Assembly (NCBI GenBank): GCA_965116925.1
Contig: OZ220744.1
Coordinates: 768,001 to 832,000, forward strand
DNA length: 64,000 bases
Source of the DNA: Candidatus Poribacteria bacterium
GTDB taxonomy: Bacteria; Poribacteria; WGA-4E; PCPOR2b
Direction: 5' to 3'
Shown: positions 20,923-30,921 of the stretch, piece by piece
How positions within the stretch are numbered: the first letter of the stretch is position 1
Layout of the letters: each line of letters starts with the position of its first letter
The notes under the pieces: generated by a model
The model's input: the letters and a program-made list of their open reading frames with translations, nothing else
Told to the model about the DNA's origin: nothing
Database searches by the model: none
Position numbers and translations under genes: made by a program

Positions 20923-21950
20923 TGGTCAACCTGTTTGAGCTGTCCCCATATTGTAAACTTTTTGCCGGTGGGAGAAACCGAAAAAGGAGAGTTCAACCAT
21001 GCAGGACCAACGTCACTATGTGGATTATTGGTGAGGTTTTGAAGATTTCCCCCATCGGCATCCATCACGTAGATTTCAGAGTTTCCATCCCTCCGAGACA
21101 CGAAGGCAATCCGTTCACTGTTTGGAGACCAGGAGGGTGATCCGTTCCAAGTGTGATGATTGGTGAGATTTTGAAGATTTCCCCCATCGGCGTTCATCAC
21201 ATAGATGTCAAATATTCTAACGTCCCCCTTCGTATCAGATGAGAAGGCGATTCGTTCACCATCAGGGGACCATACGGGCTGCCAATCATTATTGCGATTT
21301 TCAGTGAGTCTTTGTTCATTACCCCCATCGGCGTCCATTACGTAGATTTCATCAGTGATTCTGAGGATGTTTCTAAAGTGCCCTTCCCTACTGGAACTGA
21401 AGACAATGCGTTTACCGTCGGGAGACCAGGAGGGATACTTGTCCTCATTGGGACTGTTAGTGAGATTTTGAGGGTTGCTACCATCGGCGTTCATCACGTA
21501 GATTTCAGAGTTATGCGGATCATCCCTGCCCTGATCCCTATCAGACGAGAAGATAATGCGTTTACCGTCTGGGGACCATGAGGGTGCCCCGTCATCACCG
21601 CGATGATTGGTGAGGTTTTGCTGGTTCCCCCCATCGGCGTCCATCACGTAGATCTCAGAAGTGGGTCTACCGTGTATACCGTCTTTAGCGTGCCCATCCC
21701 TATTAGACACAAAGACAATGTGCTTGCCGTCCGGTGACCATGAGGGTGAATGGTCACTAGCGGGGTTATTGGTGAGATTTTGCTGATTCCCCCCATCGGT
21801 ATCCATCACGTAGATTTCAGCGTTCCCATCCCTACCAGACGAGAAAGCAATCCGTGCCTGTGCATCAACGCACATCATCAGCAGTGTCAGCACCAAGGCG
21901 GCTATAACGCTAGCTAAGATCAAATGTGCGCGATTGGTTTTCGGCGGCAT
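20919..21950 (-). CDS. Secreted TolB-like PD40 beta-propeller, paralog 4
   Basis: Same architecture; tail SVSPTGKKFTIWGQLKQ. Confidence 0.9.
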   Translation of the reverse strand: MPPKTNRAHLILASVIAALVLTLLMMCVDAQARIAFSSGRDGNAEIYVMDTDGGNQQNLTNNPASDHSPSWSPDGKHIVFVSNRDGHAKDGIHGRPTSEIYVMDADGGNQQNLTNHRGDDGAPSWSPDGKRIIFSSDRDQGRDDPHNSEIYVMNADGSNPQNLTNSPNEDKYPSWSPDGKRIVFSSSREGHFRNILRITDEIYVMDADGGNEQRLTENRNNDWQPVWSPDGERIAFSSDTKGDVRIFDIYVMNADGGNLQNLTNHHTWNGSPSWSPNSERIAFVSRRDGNSEIYVMDADGGNLQNLTNNPHSDVGPAWLNSPFSVSPTGKKFTIWGQLKQVDH

Positions 21951-22020
21951 CCGTTATTCCTCCTCTGTTGTCAAAGCGGTTTGGTATCCTTAAACGTCAT
22001 TTTCTCAATAATAGTAGTTA

Positions 22021-23052
22021 TCAGTCACCCTGTTTGAGCCGTCCCCATATTGTAAACTTTTTGCCCGCGGGGGCAACGGCAAAAGTAGGAACAAACCATG
22101 CAGGACCACCATCATTCCTCGGATGATTAGTGAGTTGTTGCGGATTGCCCCCGTCGGCATCCATCACATAGATGTCCCCGTTCCCATTCCTATCAGAGGA
22201 AAAGATAATGCGTTTACCATCCGGTGACCATGAGGTCCCCCCATCATCATCGCGATTTTCAGTGAGTCTTTGTAGATTACCGCCATCGTCGTCCATCACA
22301 TAGATTTCATAATTTAGCCAGTCTCCCTTCCTATCGGATGAGAAGGCAATGCGTTTGCCATCGGGTGACCATGAGGGTGAGGCATCATTCTTGCGGTTTT
22401 CAGTGAGTCTCTGTTCATTACCCCCATCAACGTCCATCACATAAATTTCAGAAGTGGTGATTTCAAAATCGCCTATAAAGTGTCCATCCCTTTCAGAGGA
22501 AAAGACAATGCGTTTACCGTCGGGGGACCATGAGGGATACCTGTCATCAGTGCGATTGTTAGTGAGGTTTTGAGGATTCTCTCCATCGGCATCCATCACG
22601 TAGATTTCAGTAGTGGGGAAACCGTGTATGTCAAGGAACCTATCCCTATCAGACACGAATGCAATCCGTTTGCCGTCCGGTGACCATGAGGGAGAACTGT
22701 CACCAGCGGGATGGTTAGTGAGGTTTTGCGGATTGCCCCCGTCGGCATCCATCACATAGATTTCAAAAGTGGTCCTAACACCGTCCCTACGGACGTGCCC
22801 AGCCCTATCAGACATGAAGGCAATGCGTTTGCCGTCCGGTGACCATGAAGGAGAACTGTCCCAAGCGGGGTTATTGGTGAGGTTTCGCTGGTTTTTCCCA
22901 TCATCGTCCATCAGGTAGATTTCATAGTTCCTATCCCTATCAGACACAAAGGCAATTCGTGCCTGTGCCCCAACGACTACCATCATCAGAGTCAGCCCCA
23001 AGACTATAACGCTAGCTAAAATGAAATGGGCGAGATTATATCTCTGTTGCAT
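22021..23052 (-). CDS. Secreted TolB-like PD40 beta-propeller, paralog 5
   Basis: Same architecture; tail AVAPAGKKFTIWGRLKQ. Confidence 0.9.
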   Translation of the reverse strand: MQQRYNLAHFILASVIVLGLTLMMVVVGAQARIAFVSDRDRNYEIYLMDDDGKNQRNLTNNPAWDSSPSWSPDGKRIAFMSDRAGHVRRDGVRTTFEIYVMDADGGNPQNLTNHPAGDSSPSWSPDGKRIAFVSDRDRFLDIHGFPTTEIYVMDADGENPQNLTNNRTDDRYPSWSPDGKRIVFSSERDGHFIGDFEITTSEIYVMDVDGGNEQRLTENRKNDASPSWSPDGKRIAFSSDRKGDWLNYEIYVMDDDGGNLQRLTENRDDDGGTSWSPDGKRIIFSSDRNGNGDIYVMDADGGNPQQLTNHPRNDGGPAWFVPTFAVAPAGKKFTIWGRLKQGD

Positions 23053-23137
23053 CCGTTATTCCTCCGCTATTGTCAAATCGGTTTATGTTTCTTTGGAGTG
23101 GATAGAGGTCGGCTTGTGTTGGCAACCCTTTTACAAT

Positions 23138-23263
23138 TATGGTAGATTTTAGAATTAATTAGACACTGTAAACCAGCGAGGTTAGGGACCTTGTACGCGG
23201 AGTTACGGCACACGGAGTGTGCCTACTACTTTGAATGTCTACTTATTTTTAGGATTCACTATA
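23138..23263 (+). mobile_element. MITE family E with a third cargo type
   Basis: E ends around ggcacacggagtgtgcctactac; same variant at 29591. Confidence 0.8.
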
Positions 23264-23359
23264 AAAGAGCAATTCGGATTATTATTGTATGAACTCGTCA
23301 TCCCCTCTTTGGCGTTTATGACCCAATCTCAACGAACGCTGTTTTCACGATAATGGCGG

Positions 23360-24319
23360 TTATTGGTCAACCCGTTTGAGCTGTCCCCACATCGTGAGGG
23401 TTTTAGTTGTGGGGGGAACTGAAAGAACAGCGTTATACCATGCAGGTGCTTTCTCGTCCTCGGGGTGATTGGTGATGTTTCGCGGATTTGCCCCATCGGC
23501 GTCCATCACAAAGATGTCCGGATTAAAATCCCTCGTCCGATTCGACACAAAGGCAATCCGTTTACTGTCGGGCGACCATGAGGGTGAATAGTCCCTATCG
23601 GGGTGATTGGTGACGTTTCGCTGATTCCGCCCATCGGCGTCCATTACGTAGATATCTGTGCGAAGAGCCCCAGGTCCAAAGGCATCAAAGGCAATGTGTT
23701 TACCGTTAGGGGACCATGAGGGATTATTGTCATCAGTGTCACTAATGGTAAGGTTTCGCTGATTCTCCCCATCGGCATCCATCACGTAGATTTCTAGGTT
23801 TCCAGCGCGCTCCCTCCTAGAGGTAGCAAAGACAATGTGCCTACCGTCCGGCGACCATGAGGGTGACCTGTCTGTATGGCCCCTATTATTGGTGAGGTTT
23901 AGCCGATTTTCCCCATCGGCATCCATCACGTAGATTTGTCGGTCCCACACAAAGGCAATCTGTTTACCGTCCGGAGACCATGAAGGTTCCTTGTCGTCAA
24001 AGTCATTGTTGGAAAGGTTTCGCTGATTCCCCCCGTTGGCGTCCATCACGTAGATTTGCCGGTTCCCATTCCTATTAGACGAGAAGGCAATCCGTGTGCC
24101 GTCAGGAGACCATGAGGGGTCCCTATCATCACCAGGATTATTAGTGAGATTTCGCTGATTGCCCCCATGGTTGTCCATCACATAGATTTCCCAGTTCCAA
24201 TCCCTATCAGACATGAAGGCAATCCGTGCCTGTGCATCAACGCATACCATCAGCAGTGTCAGCCCTAGCACGACAACGATCGCTAAGATCAAATGTGCGA
24301 GAGTATGTCTCCGTTGCAT
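23360..24319 (-). CDS. Secreted TolB-like PD40 beta-propeller, paralog 6
   Basis: ATG 24319 after gagga RBS; tail [17 protein letters not shown]. Confidence 0.9.
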   Translation of the reverse strand: MQRRHTLAHLILAIVVVLGLTLLMVCVDAQARIAFMSDRDWNWEIYVMDNHGGNQRNLTNNPGDDRDPSWSPDGTRIAFSSNRNGNRQIYVMDANGGNQRNLSNNDFDDKEPSWSPDGKQIAFVWDRQIYVMDADGENRLNLTNNRGHTDRSPSWSPDGRHIVFATSRRERAGNLEIYVMDADGENQRNLTISDTDDNNPSWSPNGKHIAFDAFGPGALRTDIYVMDADGRNQRNVTNHPDRDYSPSWSPDSKRIAFVSNRTRDFNPDIFVMDADGANPRNITNHPEDEKAPAWYNAVLSVPPTTKTLTMWGQLKRVDQ

Positions 24320-24480
24320 CTGTCTGTCCTCCTCTGGTCTCAAATCGGTTTATTATTCTTTGGGGGTGATACGGGTCAGCTAGTGTTAGCAATCCCTTTT
24401 CAACTAAAATTATACAACCATTTAAGCAATTTATGCAACGTCGTATCCCAAAACAGGGTATCAAACAGACAAAATCACTA

Positions 24481-24640
24481 TCGGCGCAGTTGGAAACAGC
24501 GCCTACCAAACATGGGGGGCGAAAGTGTCTGTTTATTTTTAGAATTCACTATAATTGGACTCTCCAAATCGGCGCAGTTGGAAACAGCGCCTACCAAACA
24601 TGGGGGGCGAAAGTGTCTGTTTATTTTTAGAATTCACTAT
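24481..24640 (+). mobile_element. Tandem duplicated right parts of MITE family E
   Basis: Two direct copies of tcggcgcagttggaaacagcgcctacc...gaattcactat. Confidence 0.8.
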
Positions 24641-24951
24641 GGTAATCGAAACCGAGCGCAGTGCAAAACCTGTCCCCCTACATTTTTCCAATTTCACTTG
24701 CGGATAATTGCAATCCTTGTTATAATCAGTTCATTTCCGGCTTACAATTTTTCTGGATATATGTTTGCAAATCTGTGGTTTTCTGATACGATTTTTTACG
24801 AATTGAATCATAGCAACTATCTCTCTCTGGTTCACAGGGGCATTGTGGATTGGCGATTGACTTATTGACTCATGGGGCGGGGGAACCCCGCCCCTACGAT
24901 TTCGCTTCATATTTTGCACGTTCTCTTTGCGTGAGTCGATCTATTTTGATC

Positions 24952-24980
24952 TTGCGGCACTAGAAAGCATACGGTATAAT
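24952..24980 (+). promoter_or_regulatory. Putative sigma70 promoter
   Basis: TTGCGG-17 bp-TATAAT upstream of ATG 25004. Confidence 0.55.
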
Positions 24981-25003
24981 GTAGCCACTTTCGGGACAAC
25001 CTA

Positions 25004-25741
25004 ATGCGATACTTTATTTTTAGCGATGTTCATGCAAATCTTGAAGCATTTGATGCTGTCCTATCGGCAGTTGCTGAGGTCCAAGTGGATAGGATTATTT
25101 TTCTCGGTGATATTGTCGGTTACGGTGCCCAACCAAATGAGGTTGTTGACCGATTGAAAGAACTTAAGCCCGATGCCACGGTTCGTGGGAATCACGACAA
25201 AGTTATCGCTGGTATCGAGGATGGCAGCAGTTTCCAAGAACTCGCTCGCGCCAGTGCAATGTGGTCACGGCTTCAGATCCGACCCGATAACAAAGCATAT
25301 CTGCGGTGTATGCCTCAAGGACCGATAACGCTAGAAAAGGAGATTCAGCTATCGCACGGAAGTCCTCATGATGAAGATTTTTATATCGTGAACCGTTGGG
25401 ATGCGCGACCGATCCTGCATCAAAGTGAGAGTTGGATCGTGTTTTATGGGCACACACATCTGCCGATGATCTACTCGACGGAATCGAGATTCTCTCAGTG
25501 TTACCCGGAAGATGATGAATTTTACTACAGACTTTTGGAAGATGAGCAGTATCTAATTAACCCCGGATCCGTTGGGCAGCCACGCGATCTCAATCCCCAA
25601 GCGAGTTATGCTATCCTTGATACGGACGAAAGCATCATTTGCATAAAACGGATTGAATACGACATTCCAGCCGCACAGCGCAAAATTCGCGAAGCTGGAC
25701 TACCTGCATGGCACGCCGACCGATTGGCATCTGGGCGCTAG
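25004..25741 (+). CDS. Metallophosphoesterase (calcineurin-like, YfcE/MJ0936-related)
   Basis: SDVHAN, LGDIVGYG, RGNHD, HGSP, GHTH, INPGSVGQPRD. Confidence 0.93.
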   Translation: MRYFIFSDVHANLEAFDAVLSAVAEVQVDRIIFLGDIVGYGAQPNEVVDRLKELKPDATVRGNHDKVIAGIEDGSSFQELARASAMWSRLQIRPDNKAYLRCMPQGPITLEKEIQLSHGSPHDEDFYIVNRWDARPILHQSESWIVFYGHTHLPMIYSTESRFSQCYPEDDEFYYRLLEDEQYLINPGSVGQPRDLNPQASYAILDTDESIICIKRIEYDIPAAQRKIREAGLPAWHADRLASGR

Positions 25742-25856
25742 TACTCAGTCATATAAGTTTTGCATATCAACAAGGGGGTCGGGTGACCCGACCCCTACGA
25801 AGTATTATGAGTCTCAATCCATATAGACAATCATAATTTGCCTGACAGTGTACTAG
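25738..25856 (+). mobile_element. MITE family A inserted at the TAG stop of the upstream gene
   Basis: 119-bp copy, CTAG at both ends. Confidence 0.88.
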
Positions 25857-26536
25857 GACGTGTTGACATTTTGATGTTGCTAATTCGGCAAACGCTGGGA
25901 TCACAATCTAACAGATCGTGGTACAAAGGTCCGAAATAGTTTCTGACGTGCGAGCAAAGGGTTGGGGGACTACGAAGGGTTATGTGTTTGTGCTCCCTTT
26001 GAAGCTGCTGATTCGGCAAACGCTGTAAGCATCAGGCAATCTGCCAAATGTAGCGTCCCGACATGTCGGGATTAGTTTGCAGGGTGGGATCACAATCTAA
26101 CAGATCGTGGTACAAAGGTCCGAAATAGTTTCTGTCGTGCGAGCAAAGGGTTGGGGGACCCAACCCCTACGAAGGGTTATGCGTTTGTGCTCCCTTTGAA
26201 GCTGCTGATTCGGCAAAGGCTGTAAGCATCGGAGTATCTGCCAAGTGTAGGGATCACAATCTAACAGATCGTGGTACAAAGGTCCGAAATGGTCTCTGTC
26301 GTGCGAGCAAAGGGTTGGGGGACCCAACCCCTACGAAGGGTTATGTGTTTGTGCTCCCTTTGAAGCTGCTGATTCGGCAAACGCTGTAAGCATCAGGCAA
26401 TCTGCCAAATGTAGCGTCCCGACATGTCGGGATTAGTTTGCAGGGTGGGATTACAATCTAACAGATCGTGGTACAAAGGTCCGAAATGGTCTCTGTCGTG
26501 CGAACAACGGGCTGTCAAATGTCGACAGAACCTAAG
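25853..26536 (+). mobile_element. MITE family B with internal tandem amplification (about 4 units of 165-200 bp)
   Basis: ctaggacgtgttgaca...tgtcgacagaacctaa; the acaatctaacagatcgtggtacaaaggtccgaaat segment occurs four times. Confidence 0.82.
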
Positions 26537-26561
26537 TACTATCCTGAATACCTGAGTTTCA

Positions 26562-27233
26562 ATGACCATCACTCAAACCGATAAAGCTGTCATCATTGCG
26601 AGTCTCACCACCTTTTTGACATTTCTGATAAATGCCAAACTCGGTTCAATTTGGCTGCTTTATTTGAACGTTCTTGTGGTGGTGGGCGTGTTCGGTTATG
26701 CGAGCCGACCGTGGAATCAACTCTCGCATCTTTCACGCTGTGCGATTTTTGGCGTTATTGCATCAATTACCTACATCCCACTGGATTTGTTGTTCTCTAA
26801 ACACGTTGAGCTGCTTTCCTATTTAAGTCGGCGTGATATCCTGATAGCCGCTGTGCCCTTGAGTCTGTTACTCACTTGGATGATTGCCATCACGATAATC
26901 ATCTACATCTATCATCGGCTTAACGAAGTTTGGGAACGCCCCTATATCCCCGCTCTGATTGTCGGCAGCATTGCTTTCGTGGGCAGCACGATTTTCGACC
27001 AGTTCGGTTCTGTGCGCTTATGGAATTGGAACGCGCTCCGCTTTTCCGCTTTCCCCTATATCGGCTCCGTTCCGGTCTGCGTTCCGATAGGGCTTGGGCT
27101 GACCTTTTTGCTTTCTCCGTACTATCTCCGTAGCCACCACATCGTTGTGGGGTCGATACGGTGTGGTCTCTTTATTGGGATTATGCAGTTTCTCTGCTTT
27201 CTGTTGTTTCACTTCATCGGGATATTATATTGA
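26562..27233 (+). CDS. Hypothetical integral membrane protein
   Basis: 223 aa with about 6-7 hydrophobic segments. Confidence 0.7.
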   Translation: MTITQTDKAVIIASLTTFLTFLINAKLGSIWLLYLNVLVVVGVFGYASRPWNQLSHLSRCAIFGVIASITYIPLDLLFSKHVELLSYLSRRDILIAAVPLSLLLTWMIAITIIIYIYHRLNEVWERPYIPALIVGSIAFVGSTIFDQFGSVRLWNWNALRFSAFPYIGSVPVCVPIGLGLTFLLSPYYLRSHHIVVGSIRCGLFIGIMQFLCFLLFHFIGILY

Positions 27234-27478
27234 CGGGAGCCGTTTTCGGATTTGTTGTTAAGATTAAAGGTTTCTACCTTTCGCTCTAGAGGAGCGCAAT
27301 ACATGGGGAGCGCAAGTGTCTATTTATTTTTTGAATTCACTATAATAATCGTTTTTCCGTTCTCACGCTTCAGGTGGATTGGGAAAGGAGTTTCGTAGTA
27401 GGAACGCAGATCCGCGTTCCTACTAGTTACTTAGGTTATTATTGTATTTGTAGCACGTTTGGCGGATAAGGACTCATA

Positions 27479-28012
27479 ATGATTAGATCGACAACAATTC
27501 TTACGGTACGACGTGACAATCAAATCGCCATCGGTGGCGATGGTCAAGTTACTCTCGGAGATACCGCGATTAAACACGGGGCGAAGAAAATTCGTCGTGC
27601 TTATAGCGGTCAGGTGCTATTAGGTTTTGCCGGTTCAGCCGCAGACGCACTCACTCTGTTTGAAAACCTTGAAAAAAAACTGGATCAGTATCGCGGTAAT
27701 CTTCAAAGAGCGGCTGTTGAATTTGCGAGAGATTGGCGGGGCGATCGCGTGCTCCGCCGGACAGAGGCATTGCTAGTCGCGGTAGATGCCGCAAGGGGCT
27801 ATCTCCTCTCTGGAAGCGGCGATGTACTTGAGCCAGATGATGGGGTCTTAGGTATTGGATCCGGTGGATCAATCGCCTTGTCGGCTGCCAGAGCACTCTT
27901 GAAACACTCTGCGCTCACCGCCGAAGATATTGTCAGAGAGGCATTACAGCTAACGAGCGATATTTGTGTGTATACCAATAGCAGTATTGAAATCGAAACG
28001 CTTGAGATTTAA
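27479..28012 (+). CDS. hslV: ATP-dependent protease peptidase subunit
   Basis: [35 protein letters not shown]. Confidence 0.97.
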   Translation: MIRSTTILTVRRDNQIAIGGDGQVTLGDTAIKHGAKKIRRAYSGQVLLGFAGSAADALTLFENLEKKLDQYRGNLQRAAVEFARDWRGDRVLRRTEALLVAVDAARGYLLSGSGDVLEPDDGVLGIGSGGSIALSAARALLKHSALTAEDIVREALQLTSDICVYTNSSIEIETLEI

Positions 28013-28062
28013 CTGTAGAATCTTTGCTCCTCAATTACGAATGTAGAAAACGGAGGTACACA

Positions 28063-29559
28063 TTGTCAACACTCAATTCTTCATCGAGCGAAAGAACATT
28101 AGCGGATGCACTGACCCCCAGACAGATTGTTGAAGAACTGGATAAGTATATTATTGGTCAAGCGGAGGCGAAACGTTCGGTCGCTGTCGCGCTCCGGAAC
28201 CGGGCACGTCGGCAGATGCTCGAAGACGACATGCGGGACGAAGTCGCACCGAAAAACATTATCATGATCGGCACAACAGGGGTCGGCAAAACTGAAATAG
28301 CGAGGCGATTGGCGCGTTTGGTGGAAGCCCCATTTATTAAAGTAGAAGCGTCAAAATATACCGAGGTGGGCTATGTTGGGCGTGATGTGGAATCGATGAT
28401 TCGAGATCTGGCAGATCTGGCAGTCAATATGGTGAAGTCTGAACAGGCGGAGATAGTCAAGGAAAAAGCACTTGAGCTCACTGAAGAACGTCTCTTGGAT
28501 TTCCTGATACCGCCACCGCGGCCAAAGATGAGCCCTGAATCTATTGGAAAAAACGTCGAGATCGCGGACGAAGATGAAGAGAGGGAAGCTTCAGACGGGG
28601 TGGATCCATTGGCATTAGCAATGCAGCAGATCGATGCGGCCGAACGACCGGAAGTGAGTGAACAGGAACAGGAAAGATACCTGCGGACGCGGGAAAAATT
28701 TCGTCAACGACTGAGAGATGGAAAACTGGAAGATAAGCCTATCGAAATCAATGTAAGCAACCGAACAGTTCCTTTTGTTGAAATCTTCTCTCCAAGTGGT
28801 ATTGAGGAGATGGATATCAATCTAAAGGATATGTTTGGGAGCATTCTGCCCAAACAGGAGAAAAAACGTCGTGTACCTATCTCCGAAGCGCGTCAGATCC
28901 TTGCACAGGAAGAGGCAGAGAAGCTAATTGATATGGACAACGTCATCAGCGAAGCCGTTGCGCGTGTGGAAAACTCCGGCATCGTCTTTCTGGACGAAAT
29001 CGATAAGATTGCAGGGCGTGAATCGAAGTCGGGACCCGATGTCTCGCGAGAGGGCGTCCAACGCGACATCCTACCGATTATCGAAGGCAGTACGGTGATG
29101 ACCAAGCACGGCATGGTTCGCACGGATCACATCCTTTTCATCGCTTCCGGTGCATTTCATGTCTCCAAGCCATCTGACCTCATTCCAGAATTACAGGGAC
29201 GTTTCCCAATTCGCGTTGAACTGAAAAGCCTGAATGAAGCAGACTTCATACGCATCCTCACCGAACCGAAGAACGCGCTAGAGAAGCAGTATATCGCCAT
29301 GCTGAAAACGGAAGGCATTGATGTGACCATCACCGAAGATGCGATAGATCAGATTGCTGCTTTAGCTTTTCAGGTGAATGAATCGGTAGAAGACATTGGG
29401 GCGCGCCGGCTTCACACTATCATGGAGAAGCTTTTTGACGAACTCTCCTTTAACGCTCCCGACTTGGAGGAGAAGTCAATCACAATCAATGCGGATTACG
29501 TTACCGAGCAGTTATCGGAGATTGTGGAGGACGAGGATATCAGCAAATATATTCTCTGA
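28063..29559 (+). CDS. hslU: ATP-dependent protease ATPase subunit
   Basis: [53 protein letters not shown] 28063 after ggagg. Confidence 0.97.
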   Translation: MSTLNSSSSERTLADALTPRQIVEELDKYIIGQAEAKRSVAVALRNRARRQMLEDDMRDEVAPKNIIMIGTTGVGKTEIARRLARLVEAPFIKVEASKYTEVGYVGRDVESMIRDLADLAVNMVKSEQAEIVKEKALELTEERLLDFLIPPPRPKMSPESIGKNVEIADEDEEREASDGVDPLALAMQQIDAAERPEVSEQEQERYLRTREKFRQRLRDGKLEDKPIEINVSNRTVPFVEIFSPSGIEEMDINLKDMFGSILPKQEKKRRVPISEARQILAQEEAEKLIDMDNVISEAVARVENSGIVFLDEIDKIAGRESKSGPDVSREGVQRDILPIIEGSTVMTKHGMVRTDHILFIASGAFHVSKPSDLIPELQGRFPIRVELKSLNEADFIRILTEPKNALEKQYIAMLKTEGIDVTITEDAIDQIAALAFQVNESVEDIGARRLHTIMEKLFDELSFNAPDLEEKSITINADYVTEQLSEIVEDEDISKYIL

Positions 29560-29590
29560 TGCTCATGTTAAGAAAGCGTGCAACAGAAAC

Positions 29591-29803
29591 TATAGTAGAT
29601 TTTAGAATTAATTAGACACCGTGAACGAGCGAGGTCAGGCACCTTGGGCGCGGAGTTACGGCACACGGCGTGTGCTTACTACTATTAATGTCTATTTATA
29701 GTGGATCTTAGAATTAACGAGACACTCCAACTCGGCGCAGTTGGAAACAGCGCCTACCAAACATGGGGGCGAAAGTGTTTATTTATTTTTAGAATTCACT
29801 ATA
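29591..29803 (+). mobile_element. Two adjacent MITE family E copies with different REP cargo
   Basis: Left ends at 29591 and 29697, one right end at 29803. Confidence 0.82.
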
Positions 29804-29906
29804 AGTTTTTGGCGCGGAGAGCGGGGCAAGATGCCCCGCCTACGGTTTCTTTCGGTATTTTGCACTTTCTTTTTACATTAACCTTCTCTGAATCGTTCTC
29901 TGGTGC

Positions 29907-30836
29907 TCATTGGTTATTTGCTGCAGGAACATCTGCCAAGAATTGATGAACCGCTTCCACTGTTGGTAAGCCGCTGCGTCCGCCCAGCTGACGGCAGTTG
30001 ATCGAAGCGACAGCCGAGGCAAACCGGACTATCTCCGTAACGCTCCAATCCTGCAAGACACCGTAGATAAATCCGCCGTGAAACGCGTCTCCTGCGCCGG
30101 TGGTATCTACCACATCAACGGGGAAGGCTGGAAACGTCAGGATCCCCGCTTCCGATTTTGCAACACATCCCCGTTCGCCAAGCGTTACGGCGGCGATGCG
30201 TGCGCCAAAATCGTAAAGTCTTTCTACGATTGCTTCGGGCGGCGCATCGGGCATCCAGCCGTGTGCAAATGCCTCCGATACGATAGGAATATCGACCAAC
30301 GGCAGTAACAGTTCTACCAGTTCTTCGCTGTGCCACGTGCCGTCCAACACCACAGTGACCCCCGCCGCTTTCGCCCACTTTGCCGCTTGGACCGAGGCTT
30401 CATCGGCGTCGTCTAGGTGCAAGACTTTGGCAGATTCAATCTCTTGGCGATCCAGATCTGATACAGCCAAAGGGGTGTTGGTCTCCCGACGGGAGGTGAA
30501 GCAACGCTCGCCCGTCTCCTGATCAACGAGAACCAGAACAGCGCGGGAGAAGACGTTCGGCTCAAGCATAAATCGACTGACATCTACGCCTTCCTTCTCA
30601 AATTCGTCGCGGATGAACACACCTTCGGGATCATCACCGGCTCTTCCAACGAAACGGGTGGAAACACCCAACCGGGCAAGGGTGACGAGTGCCGTTGAGA
30701 CAGGACCACCAGCCTGACGAAGGTATTGAGAAGCACGCCACGATCTCCCGTACGCTGGTGGTTGGGGAACGACAAAGAGCATATCAGCGGTGCATGTGCC
30801 AATTCCGATGACATCTGGAAAGTTGTCTTGATTCAT
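29907..30836 (-). CDS. PfkB family carbohydrate kinase
   Basis: AGGPVSTALVTLARLG, VTLGERG, VVDTTGAGDAFHGG. Confidence 0.93.
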   Translation of the reverse strand: MNQDNFPDVIGIGTCTADMLFVVPQPPAYGRSWRASQYLRQAGGPVSTALVTLARLGVSTRFVGRAGDDPEGVFIRDEFEKEGVDVSRFMLEPNVFSRAVLVLVDQETGERCFTSRRETNTPLAVSDLDRQEIESAKVLHLDDADEASVQAAKWAKAAGVTVVLDGTWHSEELVELLLPLVDIPIVSEAFAHGWMPDAPPEAIVERLYDFGARIAAVTLGERGCVAKSEAGILTFPAFPVDVVDTTGAGDAFHGGFIYGVLQDWSVTEIVRFASAVASINCRQLGGRSGLPTVEAVHQFLADVPAANNQ

Positions 30837-30921
30837 GGGAGGTTCCTGATTGTGTAGGGAACGCAGATCTGCGTTCCCTACGGAAATCTTTCTGATGAAT
30901 GGGGTAACTTGCCTTGTGATA

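Noticed and set aside
17233..24319. Diversity-generating retroelement or true tolB
   Set aside because: No reverse transcriptase or TR/VR pair seen; variation includes indels; no TolB N-domain or tol-pal context
24237..24919. Several overlapping ORFs upstream of the propeller array
   Set aside because: They translate through duplicated MITE sequence and have no protein motifs
25886..26500. CRISPR array in the tandem region
   Set aside because: Intervening sequences are themselves repeated and the period is 165-200 bp
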